Positions 22,801-36,500 of a DNA stretch of 64,000 nt are shown one piece after another. The notes beneath the pieces were generated by a model. The model was not told the DNA's origin. It did not search any database and worked only from the letters and a program-made list of their open reading frames with translations. Each line of letters begins with the position of its first letter. Position 1 is the stretch's first letter. The translations under genes were made by a program, and so were the position numbers. Origin of the DNA: Balanoglossus misakiensis (lineage: Eukaryota; Animalia; Hemichordata); NCBI GenBank assembly GCA_040954595.2, contig CM082586.2:11625337-11689336 (forward strand), given 5' to 3'.

Positions 22801-25800
22801 GAAAAAATAAGAAAAGAGTTATTTTTTATGATTTTTTAAAAATTTACCATTTTGTCAAAATATGGCCAAAATGGCTATTTTTTCTTGAATTCCGTCAATA
22901 TCTCTGCATTTTTGGAGTGGTCGAAAGTCTTAACATACAATCAACATGTCATATATGATCAGGGCACCAAATTCGAAGAACAAAGGTTTTTTTATTTTAT
23001 TTTTTCTAAAAATGACATTTTCAAGGAAAATTTGGTAAAACGCAATTTTGTCTGCAGTGAGCCAAATTAGACGGTCTTTTGTGGAATTTGTATCGATATA
23101 TACATACGAAGAGCATTCTATACTCCATCAGATTTCCGAAAATGTAGAAAACAGGTATTTTTTGTAATTTTCAAAAATTTACCATTTTGACCAAATTGTG
23201 GCTAAAATTGTTATTTTCGTGTTGAATGCCGCCAGTGTCATTGCTTTTAAAAGTCATAAAAACTTTTAACATACAAGCAATTGTTTATATATGATCAGGT
23301 CACCGAATTAATAAAATAAAGAATGTTTTGCCTAAAAATGACCTTTTTGGTGCAAAAACGAATAAAACGCAATTTTGTATTAAATCAGCTCATTCAGAGT
23401 GCATTTTTTATAATCAGCACCATGTTTACAAATAATGGAAATTTCATACATCATCAGATATCCAAATATGAAAAAAATGATTTAGATTTTAGATGATTGT
23501 CCAAAATTAGCTGATATCTAATAAATGTAGTATTGAACCGTTCTGTTCCCCCCCCCCCCCTACATTATATGCGGTACGCCGATGTGAGCTTACCCGGCAG
23601 TACTGCAGGCCGTGCCCCCAACTAACGTCGGTGTTTGAAGCGCCCTGGTTAAATTCGGGCTTTCTCTATAAATTGACAGGCAATAATGCAGTCCTACCCG
23701 AACAAATGTCGAGTGTTGACCCGCTGTGACTTTCCCTCTTCGGTTTGCCCGACTTAGCCAACGTCTTTGTACTAGAGTGTCGGGTCTTTTGCAGAGCCAG
23801 GCCGAAGGAAATCCGACTTGATCACCGTTGCTAACGAACGCTAGTGTCTGTCATGGTGTGCCGGGGTTTTAGTCGAGCCAGGCCGTAGGAGATCTGACTT
23901 GATCATCGTGGTCAATGTACGCGTGTTTCCGCTCTAAAGTGCCGGGGCTTCAGCTAAACCAGGCCGTAGGAAATCCGACGTAATCACCATTGATAAGTTA
24001 CGCCAGTCTGTGTCATATAGAGCCGGTGCACCAGCCGAGTCACGCCGTAAGAAATCTGACTTGATCAACGTGGTCAATGTACGCCTGTTTCTGCTCTAGA
24101 GTGCCGGGGCTTCAGCTGAGCCAGGCCGTAGGAAACCCGACGTGATTACCGTTGTTAACTTACGCCAGTCTGTGTCCTATATATAGTGCCGGGGCATCAG
24201 CTGTGCCAGGCCGAAGGAAATGTGAGTAGATCAACGTGGTCTCTGTACGCGTGTTTCTGCTCTAGAGTGCCAGGGCCAAGCCATGCCGTAGGAAATCTGA
24301 CTTAATCAACGTTGCTAACGAACGCTAGTGTCTGTCATAGTGTGCCGGGGTTTCAGTCGAGCCAAGCCGTAGGAGATCAGACTTGATCAACGTGGTCTCT
24401 GTACGCGTTTTTCTGCTCTAGAGTGCCGGGGCTTTATCCAAGCCATGCCGTAGAAAATCTGACTTGATGACCGTTGCTAACGTACGCTAGTGTCTGTCAT
24501 ATTGTGACGGACATTTAGCGGAGCCAGGCCGTAGAAAAATCGACTTGTTCAACGTTACCAGTGTGCAACTGTTTCTGCTCTAGAGTGTCAGGGTTTTAGC
24601 CGACTTATGCTGTAGGAAATCTGAGTTGATGAACGGGAATTCAATGTTAGAAAACCCGTGTGGAAAGTATCTCTACCCGTTTCAAACTAAGAAAAGAATT
24701 TATTCTTATTTATTTTGTAAAAAAGACAATTTTTCGAAAAAAAGTCGTAATTTTGTCTTGGGTGATTTAAATTATACCGCCTTTTCTGGAATTTGCAGCA
24801 CTTTTTACAAGAGAACGACACTTCATCCTCCATAATATTTCCGAAAATGAAGAAAAGAGTTAATTTTTTAAGGTTTTTTAAAAATTTACCATTTTAGTCA
24901 AAATATGGCCAAAATGGCTATTTTTTCTTGAATTCCGTCAATATATCTGCATTATTGGAGTGGTCGAAAGTCTTAACATACAATCGACATGCCATATATG
25001 ATCAGGGCACCAAATTCGAAGAACAAAGGTTTTTTTATTTATTTTTTCTAAAAATGACATTTTCAAGGAAAATTTGGTAAAACGCAATTTTGTCTGCAGT
25101 GAGCCAAATTAGACGGTCTTTTGTGGAATTTGTATCGATATATACATACGAAGAGCATTCTATACTCCATCAGATTTCCGAAAATGTAGAAAACAGGTAT
25201 TTTTTGTAATTTTCAAAAATTTACCATTTTGACCAAATTGTGGCTAAAATTGTTATTTTCGTGTTGAATGCCGCCAGTGTCATTGCTTTTAAAAGTCATA
25301 AAAACTTTTAACATACAAGCAATTGTTTATATATGATCAGGTCACCGAATTAATAAAATAAAGAATGTTTTGCCTAAAAATGACCTTTTTGGTGCAAAAA
25401 CGAATAAAACGCAATTTTGTATTAAATCAGCTCATTCAGAGTGCATTTTTTATAATCAGCACCATGTTTACAAATAATGGAAATTTCATACATCATCAGA
25501 TATCCAAATATGAAAAAATGATTTAGATTTTAGATGATTGTCCAAAATTAGCTGATATCTAATAAATGTAGTATTGAACCGTTCTGTCCCCCCCCCCTAC
25601 ATTATATGCGGTACGCCGATGTGAGCTTACCCGGCAGTACTGCAGGCCGTGCCCCCAACTAACGTCGGTGTTTGAAGCGCCCTGGTTAAATTCGGGCTTT
25701 CTCTATAAATTGACAGGCAATAATGCAGTCCTACCCGAACAAATGTCGAGTGTTGACCCGCTGTGACTTTCCCTCTTCGGTTTGCCCGACTTAGCCAACG

Positions 25801-28800
25801 TCTTTGTACTAGAGTGTCGGGTCTTTTGCAGAGCCAGGCCGAAGGAAATCCGACTTGATCACCGTTGCTAACGAACGCTAGTGTCTGTCATGGTGTGCCG
25901 GGGTTTTAGTCGAGCCAGGCCGTAGGAGATCTGACTTGATCATCGTGGTCAATGTACGCGTGTTTCCGCTCTAAAGTGCCGGGGCTTCAGCTAAACCAGG
26001 CCGTAGGAAATCCGACGTAATCACCATTGATAAGTTACGCCAGTCTGTGTCATATAGAGCCGGTGCACCAGCCGAGTCACGCTGTAAGAAATCTGACTTG
26101 ATCAACGTGGTCAATGTACGCCTGTTTCTGCTCTAGAGTGCCGGGGCTTCAGCTGAGCCAGGTCGTAGGAAACCCGACGTGATTACCGTTGTTAACTTAC
26201 GCCAGTCTGTGTCCTATATATAGTGCCGGGGCATCAGCCGTGCCAGGCCGAAGGAAATGTGAGTAGATCAACGTGGTCTCTGTACGCGTGTTTCTGCTCT
26301 AGAGTGCCAGGGCCAAGCCATGCCGTAGGAAATCTGACTTAATCAACGTTGCTAACGAACGCTAGTGTCTGTCATAGTGTGACGGGGTTTCAGTCGAGCC
26401 AAGCCGTAGGAGATCAGACTTGATCAACGTGGTCTCTGTACGCGTTTTTCTGCTCTAGAGTGCCGGGGCTTTATCCAAGCCATGCCGTAGAAAATCTGAC
26501 TTGATGACCGTTGCTAACGTACGCTAGTGTCTGTCATATTGTGACGGACATTTAGCGGAGCCAGGCCGTAGAAAAATCGACTTGTTCAACGTTACCAGTG
26601 TGCAACTGTTTCTGCTCTAGAGTGTCAGGGTTTTAGCCGACTTATGCTGTAGGAAATCTGAGTTGATGAACGGGAATTCAATGTTAGAAAACCCGTGTGG
26701 AAAGTATCTCTACCCGTTTCAAACTAAGAAAAGAATTTATTCTTATTTATTTTGTAAAAAAGACAATTTTTCGAAAAAAAGTCGTAATTTTGTCTTGGGT
26801 GATTTAAATTATACCGCCTTTTCTGGAATTTGCAGCACTTTTTACAAGAGAACGACACTTCATGCTCCATAATATTTCCGAAAATGAAGAAAAGAGTTAA
26901 TTTTTTAAGGTTTTTTAAAAATTTACCATTTTAGTCAAAATATGGCCAAAATGGCTATTTTTTCTTGAATTCCGTCAATATATCTGCATTTTTGGAGTGG
27001 TCGAAAGTCTTAACATACAATCATCATGCCATATATGAACAGGGCACCAAATTCGAAGAACAAAGGTTTTTTTATTTATTTTTTCTAAAAATGACATTTT
27101 CAAGGAAAATTTGGTAAAACGCAATTTTGTCTGCAGTGAGCCAAATTAGACGGTCTTTTGTGGAATTTGTATCGATATATACATACGAAGAGCATTCTAT
27201 ACTCCATCAGATTTCCGAAAATGTAGAAAACAGGTATTTTTTGTAATTTTCAAAAATTTACCATTTTGACCAAATTGTGGCTAAAATTGTTATTTTCGTG
27301 TTGAATGCCGCCAGTGTCATTGCTTTTAAAAGTCATAAAAACTTTTAACATACAAGCAATTGTTTATATATGATCAGGTCACCGAATTAATAAAATAAAG
27401 AATGTTTTGCCTAAAAATGACCTTTTTGGTGCAAAAACGAATAAAACGCAATTTTGTATTAAATCAGCTCATTCAGAGTGCATTTTTTATAATCAGCACC
27501 ATGTTTACAAATAATGGAAATTTCATACATCATCAGATATCCAAATATGAAAAAATGATTTAGATTTTAGATGATTGTCCAAAATTAGCTGATATCTAAT
27601 AAATGTAGTATTGAACCGTTCTGTCCCCCCCCCCCACTACATTATATGCGGTACGCCGATGTGAGCTTACCCGGCAGTACTGCAGGCCGTGCCCCCAACT
27701 AACGTCGGTGTTTGAAGCGCCCTGGTTAAATTCGGGCTTTCTCTATAAATTGACAGGCAATAATGCAGTCCTACCCGAACAAATGTCGAGTGTTGACCCG
27801 CTGTGACTTTCCCTCTTCGGTTTGCCCGACTTAGCCAACGTCTTTGTACTAGAGTGTCGGGTCTTTTGCAGAGCCAGGCCAAAGGAAATCCGACTTGATC
27901 ACCGTTGCTAACGAACGCTAGTGTCTGTCATGGTGTGCCGGGGTTTTAGTCGAGCCAGGCCGTAGGAGATCTGACTTGATCATCGTGGTCAATGTACGCG
28001 TGTTTCCGCTCTAAAGTGCCGGGGCTTCAGCTAAACCAGGCCGTAGGAAATCCGACGTAATCACCATTGATAAGTTACGCCAGTCTGTGTCATATAGAGC
28101 CGGTGCACCAGCCGAGTCACGCCGTAAGAAATCTGACTTGATCAACGTGGTCAATGTACGCCTGTTTCTGCTCTAGAGTGCCGGGGCTTCAGCTGAGCCA
28201 GGCCGTAGGAAACCCGACGTGATTACCGTTGTTAACTTACGCCAGTCTGTGTCCTATATATAGTGCCGGGGCATCAGCCGTGCCAGGCCGAAGGAAATGT
28301 GAGTAGATCAACGTGGTCTCTGTACGCGTGTTTCTGCTCTAGAGTGCCAGGGCCAAGCCATGCCGTAGGAAATCTGACTTAATCAACGTTGCTAACGAAC
28401 GCTAGTGTCTGTCATAGTGTGCCGGGGTTTCAGTCGAGCCAAGCCGTAGGAGATCAGACTTGATCAACGTGGTCTCTGTACGCGTTTTTCTGCTCTAGAG
28501 TGCCGGGGCTTTATCCAAGCCATGCCGTAGAAAATCTGACTTGATGACCGTTGCTAACGTACGCTAGTGTCTGTCATATTGTGACGGACATTTAGCGGAG
28601 CCAGGCCGTAGAAAAATCGACTTGTTCAACGTTACCAGTGTGCAACTGTTTCTGCTCTAGAGTGTCAGGGTTTTAGCCGACTTATGCTGTAGGAAATCTG
28701 AGTTGATGAACGGGAATTCAATGTTAGAAAACCCGTGTGGAAAGTATCTCTACCCGTTTCAAACTAAGAAAAGAATTTATTGTTATTTATTTTGTAAAAA

Positions 28801-29315
28801 AGACAATTTTTCGAAAAAAAGTCGTAATTTTGTCTTGGGTGATTTAAATTATACCGCCTTTTCTGGAATTTGCAGCACTTTTTACAAGAGAACGACACTT
28901 CATGCTCCATAATATTTCCGAAAATGAAGAAAAGAGTTAATTTTTTAAGGTTTTTTAAAAATTTACCATTTTAGTCAAAATATGGCCAAAATGGCTATTT
29001 TTTCTTGAATTCCGTCAATATATCTGCATTTTTGGAGTGGTCGAAAGTCTTAACATACAATCATCATGCCATATATGAACAGGGCACCAAATTCGAAGAA
29101 CAAAGGTTTTTTTATTTATTTTTTCTAAAAATGACATTTTCAAGGAAAATTTGGTAAAACGCAATTTTGTCTGCAGTGAGCCAAATTAGACGGTCTTTTG
29201 TGGAATTTGTATCGATATATACATACGAAGAGCATTCTATACTCCATCAGATTTCCGAAAATGTAGAAAACAGGTATTTTTTGTAATTTTCAAAAATTTA
29301 CAATTTTGACCAAAT

Positions 29316-30752
29316 TGTGGGGAAGTATCGTGGCAGTGATCAATACTCCCTGGAGGGGGTTCGAGTATACTGACGTCGGAAAAGAAGCGAACGATTCAGT
29401 GCTAGGTAAAACACTGGTTTATTACCATCTGAATCCAACAACAAAGTAACACCACAGAGCTCCTTAGAAAATGCTGCCCGAAAGCGCCAAAACTGGGTTA
29501 TATATAAGTCCCACGAACGCCGGAGCAAACACTCAAAAATTACAATAAATCTGCTACAAGTATAAAGTTTGGCGGGAAACAAAGTCAACTCTGATAGGGT
29601 AAGAGTTTCCGTCACGTGATCCTTCTGGAGTAAATCTCTCACTTCTCCATATTCTCCCCCGCGCAAAGGAAAGTCTCGAAAATCGTCAGAAAAAAAAACA
29701 TCAAATAACATGAAATATGATTAAAGTCACCTAAAGTGTTCAAGGATAATAAACTAATGTTCATTGTGTCAGTAAACATGATAACAGTCACAATGCGATC
29801 GAAATTGTTTTCCTATTTCAAAGTCAAATAGAGAGATCCGCTATTCGTACTCGAGCGGCAACTGCAGAGTCTCTGACAGGTCGTCTCGGGGGTACAACAT
29901 CCGCCTTCACCGAGGAATCTTCAGAGGCTCCAGCTGTGTCGACTGTTTCAGTATTCGTGTTGGAATCTGCTCCAATACCTGTATTATCTCCAGACACAGT
30001 TGACAGCTCCTTGGAGACAACTTCCAATGGGTACAATTTATGGATAGGTCGGTTTGTAGGACCACCTGCGGTGTTCAACTCCGCAGATCGTACCAGTTTA
30101 TCATTACCGAAGATCAACCTTGTTACAGTTCCTAAATGCCATTTCGGACGTTTGTCAGTGTCACTGTGTATTATCACGACATCTCCGACCTTGATGACAT
30201 TATCACGAGTTCCTTTGGTGGGATGTCGTTCACGTAGGGCAGTCAGATAATCGGACGACCATCTTCGCCAAAATTGATCGTGTAATCTTGATAGATGTTC
30301 ATATCTTTTGTTGATTTCACGATTATCACAGTAAGATGGGTCAATCACCTCTTCGTCGGTGATCTCGATGTACGGCAATGATGTCAGTGTCCTGCCATGT
30401 AGCAAGTGATTTGGGGTCAATCCAATGTTGTCGTTTATACTGGATGACACGTACGTTAACGGCCTGTCGTTTAAAACGGCTTCAATTTCAGTCACAACTG
30501 TTGCGAGTTCATCAAAGGTTAGGTAAGCTCGACCGAGAGTTTTCCTAATAGCGTTCTTTGTCAAAGCAATCAGCCTCTCCCAGAAGCCACCAAACCAGGG
30601 CGCGCGCTTCGGTATAAACGTCCATTGTACACGATGTGCGGCGAGAAAGTCATTTACTTCTGGCGTATCAAACAGTGTTTTGATTTCATTGGCAGCCGAT
30701 AAATAAGTCGATGCGTTGTCTGACAGCATCCTACTCGGCAAAGAACGTCTCG
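29316..30752 (-). mobile_element. BEL/Pao family B fragment: integrase C-terminal part, PPT and 3' LTR
   Basis: ORF 29824-30741 with SDNA, WTFIPKRAPWFGGFWERLI, EAVLNDRPL and RPIHKLYPLE. PPT GCGGGGGAGAA. LTR 29316-29651. The 5' side is fused directly to satellite. Confidence 0.92.
29824..30741 (-). pseudogene. BEL-type integrase, N-terminally truncated
   Basis: The second Asp (SDN) and the Glu (WERL) of the DDE triad are present; the zinc-binding domain and first Asp are missing. Confidence 0.88.
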
Positions 30753-31138
30753 CTCTAAAGTGCCGGGGCTTCAGCTAAACCAGGCCGTAGGAAATCCGAC
30801 GTAATCACCGTTGATAACTTACGCCAGTCTGTGTCATATAGAGCCGGTGCACCAGCCGAGTCACGCCGTAGGAAATCTGACTTGATCAACGTGGTCAATG
30901 TACGCCTGTTTCTGCTCTAGAGTGCCGGGGCTTCAGCTGAGCCAGGCCGTAGGAAACCCGACGTGATTACCGTTGTTAACTTACGCCAGTCTGTGTCCTA
31001 TATATAGTGCCGGGGCATCAGCCGTGCCAGGCCGAAGGAAATGTGAGTAGATCAACGTGGTCTCTGTACGCGTGTTTCTGCTCTAGAGTGCCAGGGCTTT
31101 AGCCAAGCCATGCCGTAGGAAATCTGACTTGATCAACG

Positions 31139-31289
31139 TTGTCTTTTTTACAAAATAAATAAGAATAAATTCTTTTCTTAGTTTCAAACGGGTAGAGATA
31201 CTTTCCACACGGGAGACCACGTTGATCTACTCACATTTCCTTCGGCCTGACACGGCTGATGCCCCGGCACTATATATAGGACACAGACT
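31139..31289 (-). other. Two inverted satellite shards inserted in a + unit (templated insertion)
   Basis: 31139-31213 is the reverse complement of the AT-rich unit start, and 31213-31289 is the reverse complement of an 81-mer region. The sequence returns to the + register through shared CAGACT. Confidence 0.85.
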
Positions 31290-33516
31290 TGATCAACGTG
31301 GTCTCTGTATGCGTGTTTCTGCTCTAGAGTGCCGGGGATTTATCCAAGCCATGCCGTAGAAAATCTGACTTGATCACCGTTGCTAACGTACGCTAGTGTC
31401 TGTCATATTTTGACGGAGATTTCGCCGAGCCAGGCCGTAGAAAAATCGACTTGTTCAACGTTACCAGTGTGCAACTGTTTCTGCTCTAGAGTGTCAGGGT
31501 TTTAGCCGACTTATGCTGTAGGAAATCTGAGTTGATGAACGGGAATTCAATGTTAGAAAACCCGTGTGGAAAGTATCTCTACCCGTTTGAAACTAAGAAA
31601 AGAATTTATTCTTATTTATTTTGTAAAAAAGACAATTTTTCGGAAAATGTCGAAAATGGTAATTTTGACTCGGGTGATTCAAATTATACCGCCTTTTCTG
31701 GAATTTGCAGCACTTTTTACAAGAGAACGACACTTCATGCTCCATAATATTTCCGAAAATGAAGAAAAGAGTTAATTTTTTAAGATTTTTTTAAAATCTA
31801 CCATTTTTGTCAAAATATGGCCAAAATGGCTATTTTTTCTTGAATTCCGTCAATATCTCTGCATTTTTGGAGTGGTCGAAAGTTTTAACATACAATCAAC
31901 ATGTCATATATGATCAGGGCACCAAATTCGAAGAACAAAGGTTTTTTTATTTTTTTTCTAAAAATGACATTTTCAAGGAAAATTTGGTAAAACGCAATTT
32001 GTCTGCAGTGAGCCAAATTAGACGGTCTTTTGTGGAATTTGTATCGATATATATAGACACGAAGAGCATTCTATACTCCATCAGATTTCCGAAAATGTAG
32101 AAAACAGGTATTTTTTGTAATTTTCAAAAATTTACCATTTTGACCAAATTGTGGCTAAAATTGTTATTTTCGTGTTGAATGCCGCCAGTGTCACTGCTTT
32201 TAAAAGTCAGAAAAACTTTTAACATACAAGCAATTGTTTATATATGATCAGGTCACCAAATTAAAAAATAAAGAATGTTTTGCCTAAAAATGACCTTTTT
32301 GGTGCAAAAACGAATAAAACGCAATTTTGTATTAAATCAGCTCATTCAGAGTGCATTTTTATAATCAGCACCATTTTTACATATAATGGAAATTTCATAC
32401 ATCATCAGATATCCAAATATGAAAAAATGATTTAGATTTTAGATGATTGTCCAAAATTAGCTGATATCTGATAAATGTAGCATTGAACCGTTCTGTTTCC
32501 CCCCCCCCCTACATTACATGCGGTACGCCGATGTCAGCTTACCCGGCAGTACTGCAGGCCGTGCCCCCAACTAACGTCGGTGTTTGAAACGCCCTGGTTA
32601 AATTCGAGCTTTCTCTATAAATTGACAGGCAATAATGCAGTCCTACCCGAACAAATGTCGAGTGTTGACCCCCTGTGACTTTCCCTCTTCGGTTTGCCCG
32701 ACTTAGCCAACGTCTTTGTACTAGAGTGTCAGGTCTTTTGCAGAGCCAGGCCGAAGGAAATCCGATTTGATCACCGTTGCTAACGAACGCTAGTGTCTGT
32801 CATGGTGTGCCGGGGTTTTAGTCGAGCCAGGCCGTAGGAGATCTGACTTGATCATCGTGGTCAATGTACGCGTGTTTCCGCTCTAAAGTGCCGGGGCTTC
32901 AGCTAAACCAGGCCGTAGGAAATCCGACGTAATCACCGTTGATAACTTACGCCAGTCTGTGTCATATAGAGCCGGTGCACCAGCCGAGTCACGCCGTAGG
33001 AAATCTGACTTGATCAACGTGGTCAATGTACGCCTGTTTCTGCTCTAGAGTGCCGGGGCTTCAGCTGAGCCAGGCCGTAGGAAACCCGACGTGATTACCG
33101 TTGTTAACTTACGCCAGTCTGTGTCCTATATATAGTGCCGGGGCATCAGCCGTGCCAGGCCGAAGGAAATGTGAGTAGATCAACGTGGTCTCTGTACGCG
33201 TGTTTCTGCTCTACAGTGCCAGGGCTTTAGCCAAGCCATGCCGTAGGAAATCTGACTTGATCAACGTTGCTAACGAACGCTAGTGTCTGTCATAGTGTGC
33301 CAGGGTTTCAGTCGAGCCAAGCCGTAGGAGATCAGACTTGATCAACGTGGTCTCTGTACGCGTGTTTCTGCTCTAGAGTGCCGGGGCTTTATCCAAGCCA
33401 TGCCGTAGAAAATCTGACTTGATCACCGTTGCTAACATACGCTAGTGTCTGTCATATTGTGACGGAGATTTAGCCGAGCCAGGCCCTAGAAAAATCGACT
33501 TGTTCAACGTTACCAG

Positions 33517-36500
33517 TGTAGTAACCTCGATGTGCCGTCTCAAATGGCGCCCTAATTCACATCAAAGGCCACAGGGTTCTATAGTATTTGCCGTTAACTA
33601 ACTGGAGCTCACCATCGCCGACGAACATTCCTTGTCAGATGTCACAGAAAACGCTGCTCGGAACTTTACACGAACATTTAATGACTGAACATACAACACT
33701 GGCACTGGATGATGCGTCGCGGTGGTTGAAGTTTCCGTAGAAAACTGGCAAAAATCCCCAGGCTAACTGTGCAAAAGTCCTCACATGTGCGCCATGGAAT
33801 TTTCCAGATATTTTCTAAACAAAAGCGCATGCGCTAATGTACTCACAGCGCGAGGGCGCTAGACTAAATATTTCAGTTTCTCTAAGAACTGGGCGTCCTT
33901 ACACCAGCCCCCAAATTGTTCATGAAAAAACATTAACAATTTCCATCCTGGCAAATTCAAAACGCCAACATCCATATGTGCCGAAATTACATATCAAATA
34001 GAAATTACAAAACAATATCTATAAATATCTCGAAACGCGAAGTCGAAAGTTTTTCAGGAAACGCGAATACAAGAATCCTTTTCTTCATGAATGTGATGAT
34101 ACATCCTAGACCATGCCCAGACCTCGTCCGGTCAATCATGCTGCCAATTTAGTAGTTTCATAATTTTATTTTTATTTTTAAAATGTTTTCTTGTTTTTTT
34201 GTTTACTTTTTTATTTTTTTTTACTATTTGTTGATTGTAATGCTGTATGGCGTTTACCAGTCATTTCAGTTTTTCAGTTCTTTTACTATTTTTATTAGTA
34301 GTATTTTGCTGTGCTTCATGCTGCCAAGCATGATATCCAACACATCTGTACTTCAAAGATGAGATCAAACGCTTTAGTAGTTTCATAATTTTATTTTTAT
34401 TTTTAAAATGTTTTCTTGTTTTTTTGTTTACTTTTTTATTTTTTTTTACTATTTGTTGATTGTAATGCTGTATGGCGTTTACCAGTCATTTCAGTTTTTC
34501 AGTTCTTTTACTATTTTTATTAGTAGTATTTTGCTGTGCTTCATGCTGCCAAGCATGATATCCAACACATCTGTACTTCAAAGATGAGATCAAACGCTGA
34601 ACGTAGTGGATAGACTGGCCACTACTTGAGATCGTTGTTATTACAGCTGCTGGTAACTGCAACCATACCAATACCACTAAGTCTGTGCTTCCAGCAATGT
34701 GCACAACTTATCATATGGTCTTTCTAAAACACTGGATCTGGTCTTCACCAATACTCGTCTCACCACCCCTTTCCGATCAGGCATAACTTTGACGATTACA
34801 CCCAAAGGCCACGCATTTCTGGAGGTGTTCTCATCCTTTTCCAATACAAATCTGACAGATACTGCACTTGCTTCCATCTGTGTACAGCATACAAGTCGTT
34901 CTTCTCCGTCACACCAGGGGGTGTTGCTGCTCCCTTCATAGTAAGCAACATACTGGGTGTCAATGCTTTTAAGTCTCTAACGTCGTCCGACGATACTGTA
35001 ATCTCATGCGGTCCATCTGTACGACGACTTTTGTTCTTGGCACATCTCAACAATGTGTCACCCACTTTACGTATCCAGGCCACTGCTTCCTTCAGTTTAT
35101 ACCAACTGGAGTAGTGGTCTATCATTTTCTGAACCGTCTCCTCCGCATTAACGGACATGGATCGATCCGCCCCTTTGTCAGGCGTCAGTCGTTCTCCCGA
35201 AACAACAGGTACTGTTCCCAACACAACGGGTACAGTTTCTTCTTCCGACCTCAAGGCTATTCTATGCACTAGTGCAGATTTCTTCACCTCTGGATCTTCT
35301 GGATCTAGCTGTGTATTGTAGCTATCACTTGGCCATTTGTCTTGTGTCTTCCGCAAGAAATCAGGACCACCTATCCATCTTTCGTTCTTCAGAAAAGCAT
35401 CTATTTTCTGACCTCTAGAGCACTCATCTGCCGGGTTGTCACTGGTATTAATGTAGCGCCAGTTCGCTGGGTCTGATCCTCCTCGAATCACTGCTAGTCT
35501 ATTCGCCACGAAGGTATGAAATCTTGTGGTTTTGTTGTTTATGTACCGCAGCACGGTTTTGCTATCCGTCCAAAACACGGATTCATTGATTGGCAAATCC
35601 ACCTCATTTCTGAGAAGTTTGTCAAGCCTCACTGCTACAGTAGCTGCAGTTAATTCCATTCGTGGGATCGATATTTGCTTCAATGGAGCCACTCTTGCTT
35701 TGGCCATCATCAAAGTGCTGTGGATGTTTCCGCTTTTGTCGATCAACCTAAGATATGATACAGCGCCATATCATTTTCGCTGGCATCAGCAAAGTGATGT
35801 AGCTGAGCTGGGTCTACTTCACCAAAGTGCTCGGGCTTTATACATCTGGGTACTGCGAAACACTCTTCTAATTTCGGTAGATCCCTCAACCAATTCTCCC
35901 ACACTTTGCGTTGTTTTCCAGGAATATCATCATCCCAGCCTAGTTTTGCTTTACACAGCTGCTGCAAAAGCATCTTGGGTGGCAGAAGCGCTGGTGCTGC
36001 CATGCCCAGTGGGTCGTATAATGAACTAACCACTCCCAGAATTCCTCGTCTGGTCGCTGGTTCCTCTTTAGTACAATTTCTGAATCCGAATTCGTCAGAT
36101 TCCACGTTCCACTGCATACCGAGTGCATGCTCCATTGGCAAGTCATCTCGCTCCAAGTCTAAGTTCTTCACCTCTATCGCCCTTTGTTCTTCAGGTATTG
36201 CTTCCAAAACTGGACGCGTATTGCTGATCCACTTTGTGAGCTTGAACCCTGATTTCTTACAGGTGTCTGTCAGCCCTTCAGCCAAAGACTTTCCTTCCAT
36301 CACTGTTGATGCTGCCTTCAACATGTCATCAACGTAGAAGTTTCTAGATATGGTGTTCTTGACACTCAGATCAGAAGTATTGTCTGGAGCTTTCTTCAAC
36401 GCGAAGTTTGCACAACTGGGTGACAATGTAGCCCCGAAGATGTGCACTGTCATTCGGTACTCGACAGGAGGTTCCTCTACATTACCATTAGGCCACCACA

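Larger units (their letters stand above)
9441..33516 (+). repeat. ~2.05-kb macrosatellite array, + orientation (about 8.5 units, interrupted by Tx1 and BEL-B)
   Basis: The marker GAACGGGAATTCA recurs at ~9515, 11405, 13451, 20521, 22582, 24631, 26668, 28708 and 31537. Units are highly similar. Confidence 0.97.

Noticed and set aside
29340-29711. 123-aa ORF (and its mirror 42316-42687) as an env-like or accessory gene
   Set aside because: It lies across the PPT and LTR of BEL-B, has no recognisable motif, and is preserved only because of the duplication.
9441-33516. 5S rRNA, U snRNA or histone gene array
   Set aside because: I could not recognise any 5S, U1-U6, SL RNA or histone sequence in the unit.
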